Source: an uncultured bacterium (GTDB lineage Bacteria > Verrucomicrobiota > Verrucomicrobiia > Limisphaerales > UBA8199). From it: 64,000 nucleotides of DNA. Of this stretch, positions 63,785 to 64,000 are shown in pieces (within the stretch, counting starts at the first letter, position 1; each line of letters opens with the position of its first letter). Below the pieces are notes generated by a model. That model did no database searches and was not told where the DNA came from. It was given only the letters and a program-made list of their open reading frames with translations. Both the position numbers and the translations under genes were made by a program. The stretch is from positions 1 to 64,000 of the forward strand of contig CAVVMW010000018.1 of assembly GCA_963749495.1 (NCBI GenBank), written 5' to 3'.

Positions 63785-64000
63785 ATGAACATACTGGCGG
63801 TCGGGGCGCATCCCGATGACATTGAAATCCTGTGCGCGGGCACCCTGGCGCGTTACGCCCAGGCAGGACACGCCGTGACCCTGGCCTCGTTCACGTGCGG
63901 TGATATGGGCGACACCCGGGTTCCGCCGCCTGAACTTGCGCGCATCCGCAAAGCGGAGTCGGAGGCCTCGGCCGCGATTCTTGGGGCGCGCTTGCTCTGG
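63785..64000 (+). CDS. PIG-L family deacetylase (partial, runs off window)
   Basis: MNILAVGAHPDDIEILCAGTL, T.GD.G, RIRKAESEASAAILG. Confidence 0.88.
   Translation, partial: MNILAVGAHPDDIEILCAGTLARYAQAGHAVTLASFTCGDMGDTRVPPPELARIRKAESEASAAILGARLLW

Noticed and set aside
1..64000. rRNA, tRNA or prophage genes
   Set aside because: None recognised by eye; a covariance-model scan would be needed to exclude small RNAs

Overview
GC-rich bacterial chromosome segment. Gene content (several prepilin/H-X9-DG proteins, large secreted proteins ending in an FYR motif, Uma2 paralogs, dense palindromic repeats) suggests Verrucomicrobiota, probably Pedosphaera/Limisphaera-like; this is inference. Housekeeping genes (pdxA, surA-like, mnmG, pgi, argS, tkt, iscS, dnaN, ubiD-family, trpB, dinG, dusB) alternate with accessory genes. 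The accessory set includes a Y1/RAYT HUH transposase bounded by inverted repeats, an IS1182-like transposase fragment, two DNA methyltransferases without visible endonucleases, decayed toxin-antitoxin modules, and an AraC/PocR-linked cluster (surface protein, pseudopilin, sugar-acid catabolic enzymes). A perfect parS inside mnmG and DnaA boxes before dnaN suggest an origin-proximal region. At least eight REP/MITE-like repeat families occur, often nested and at gene-truncation breakpoints. More than a dozen genes, including housekeeping ones, carry single-base frameshifts, probably long-read errors, so pseudogene calls need caution. I saw no rRNA, tRNA or CRISPR array.
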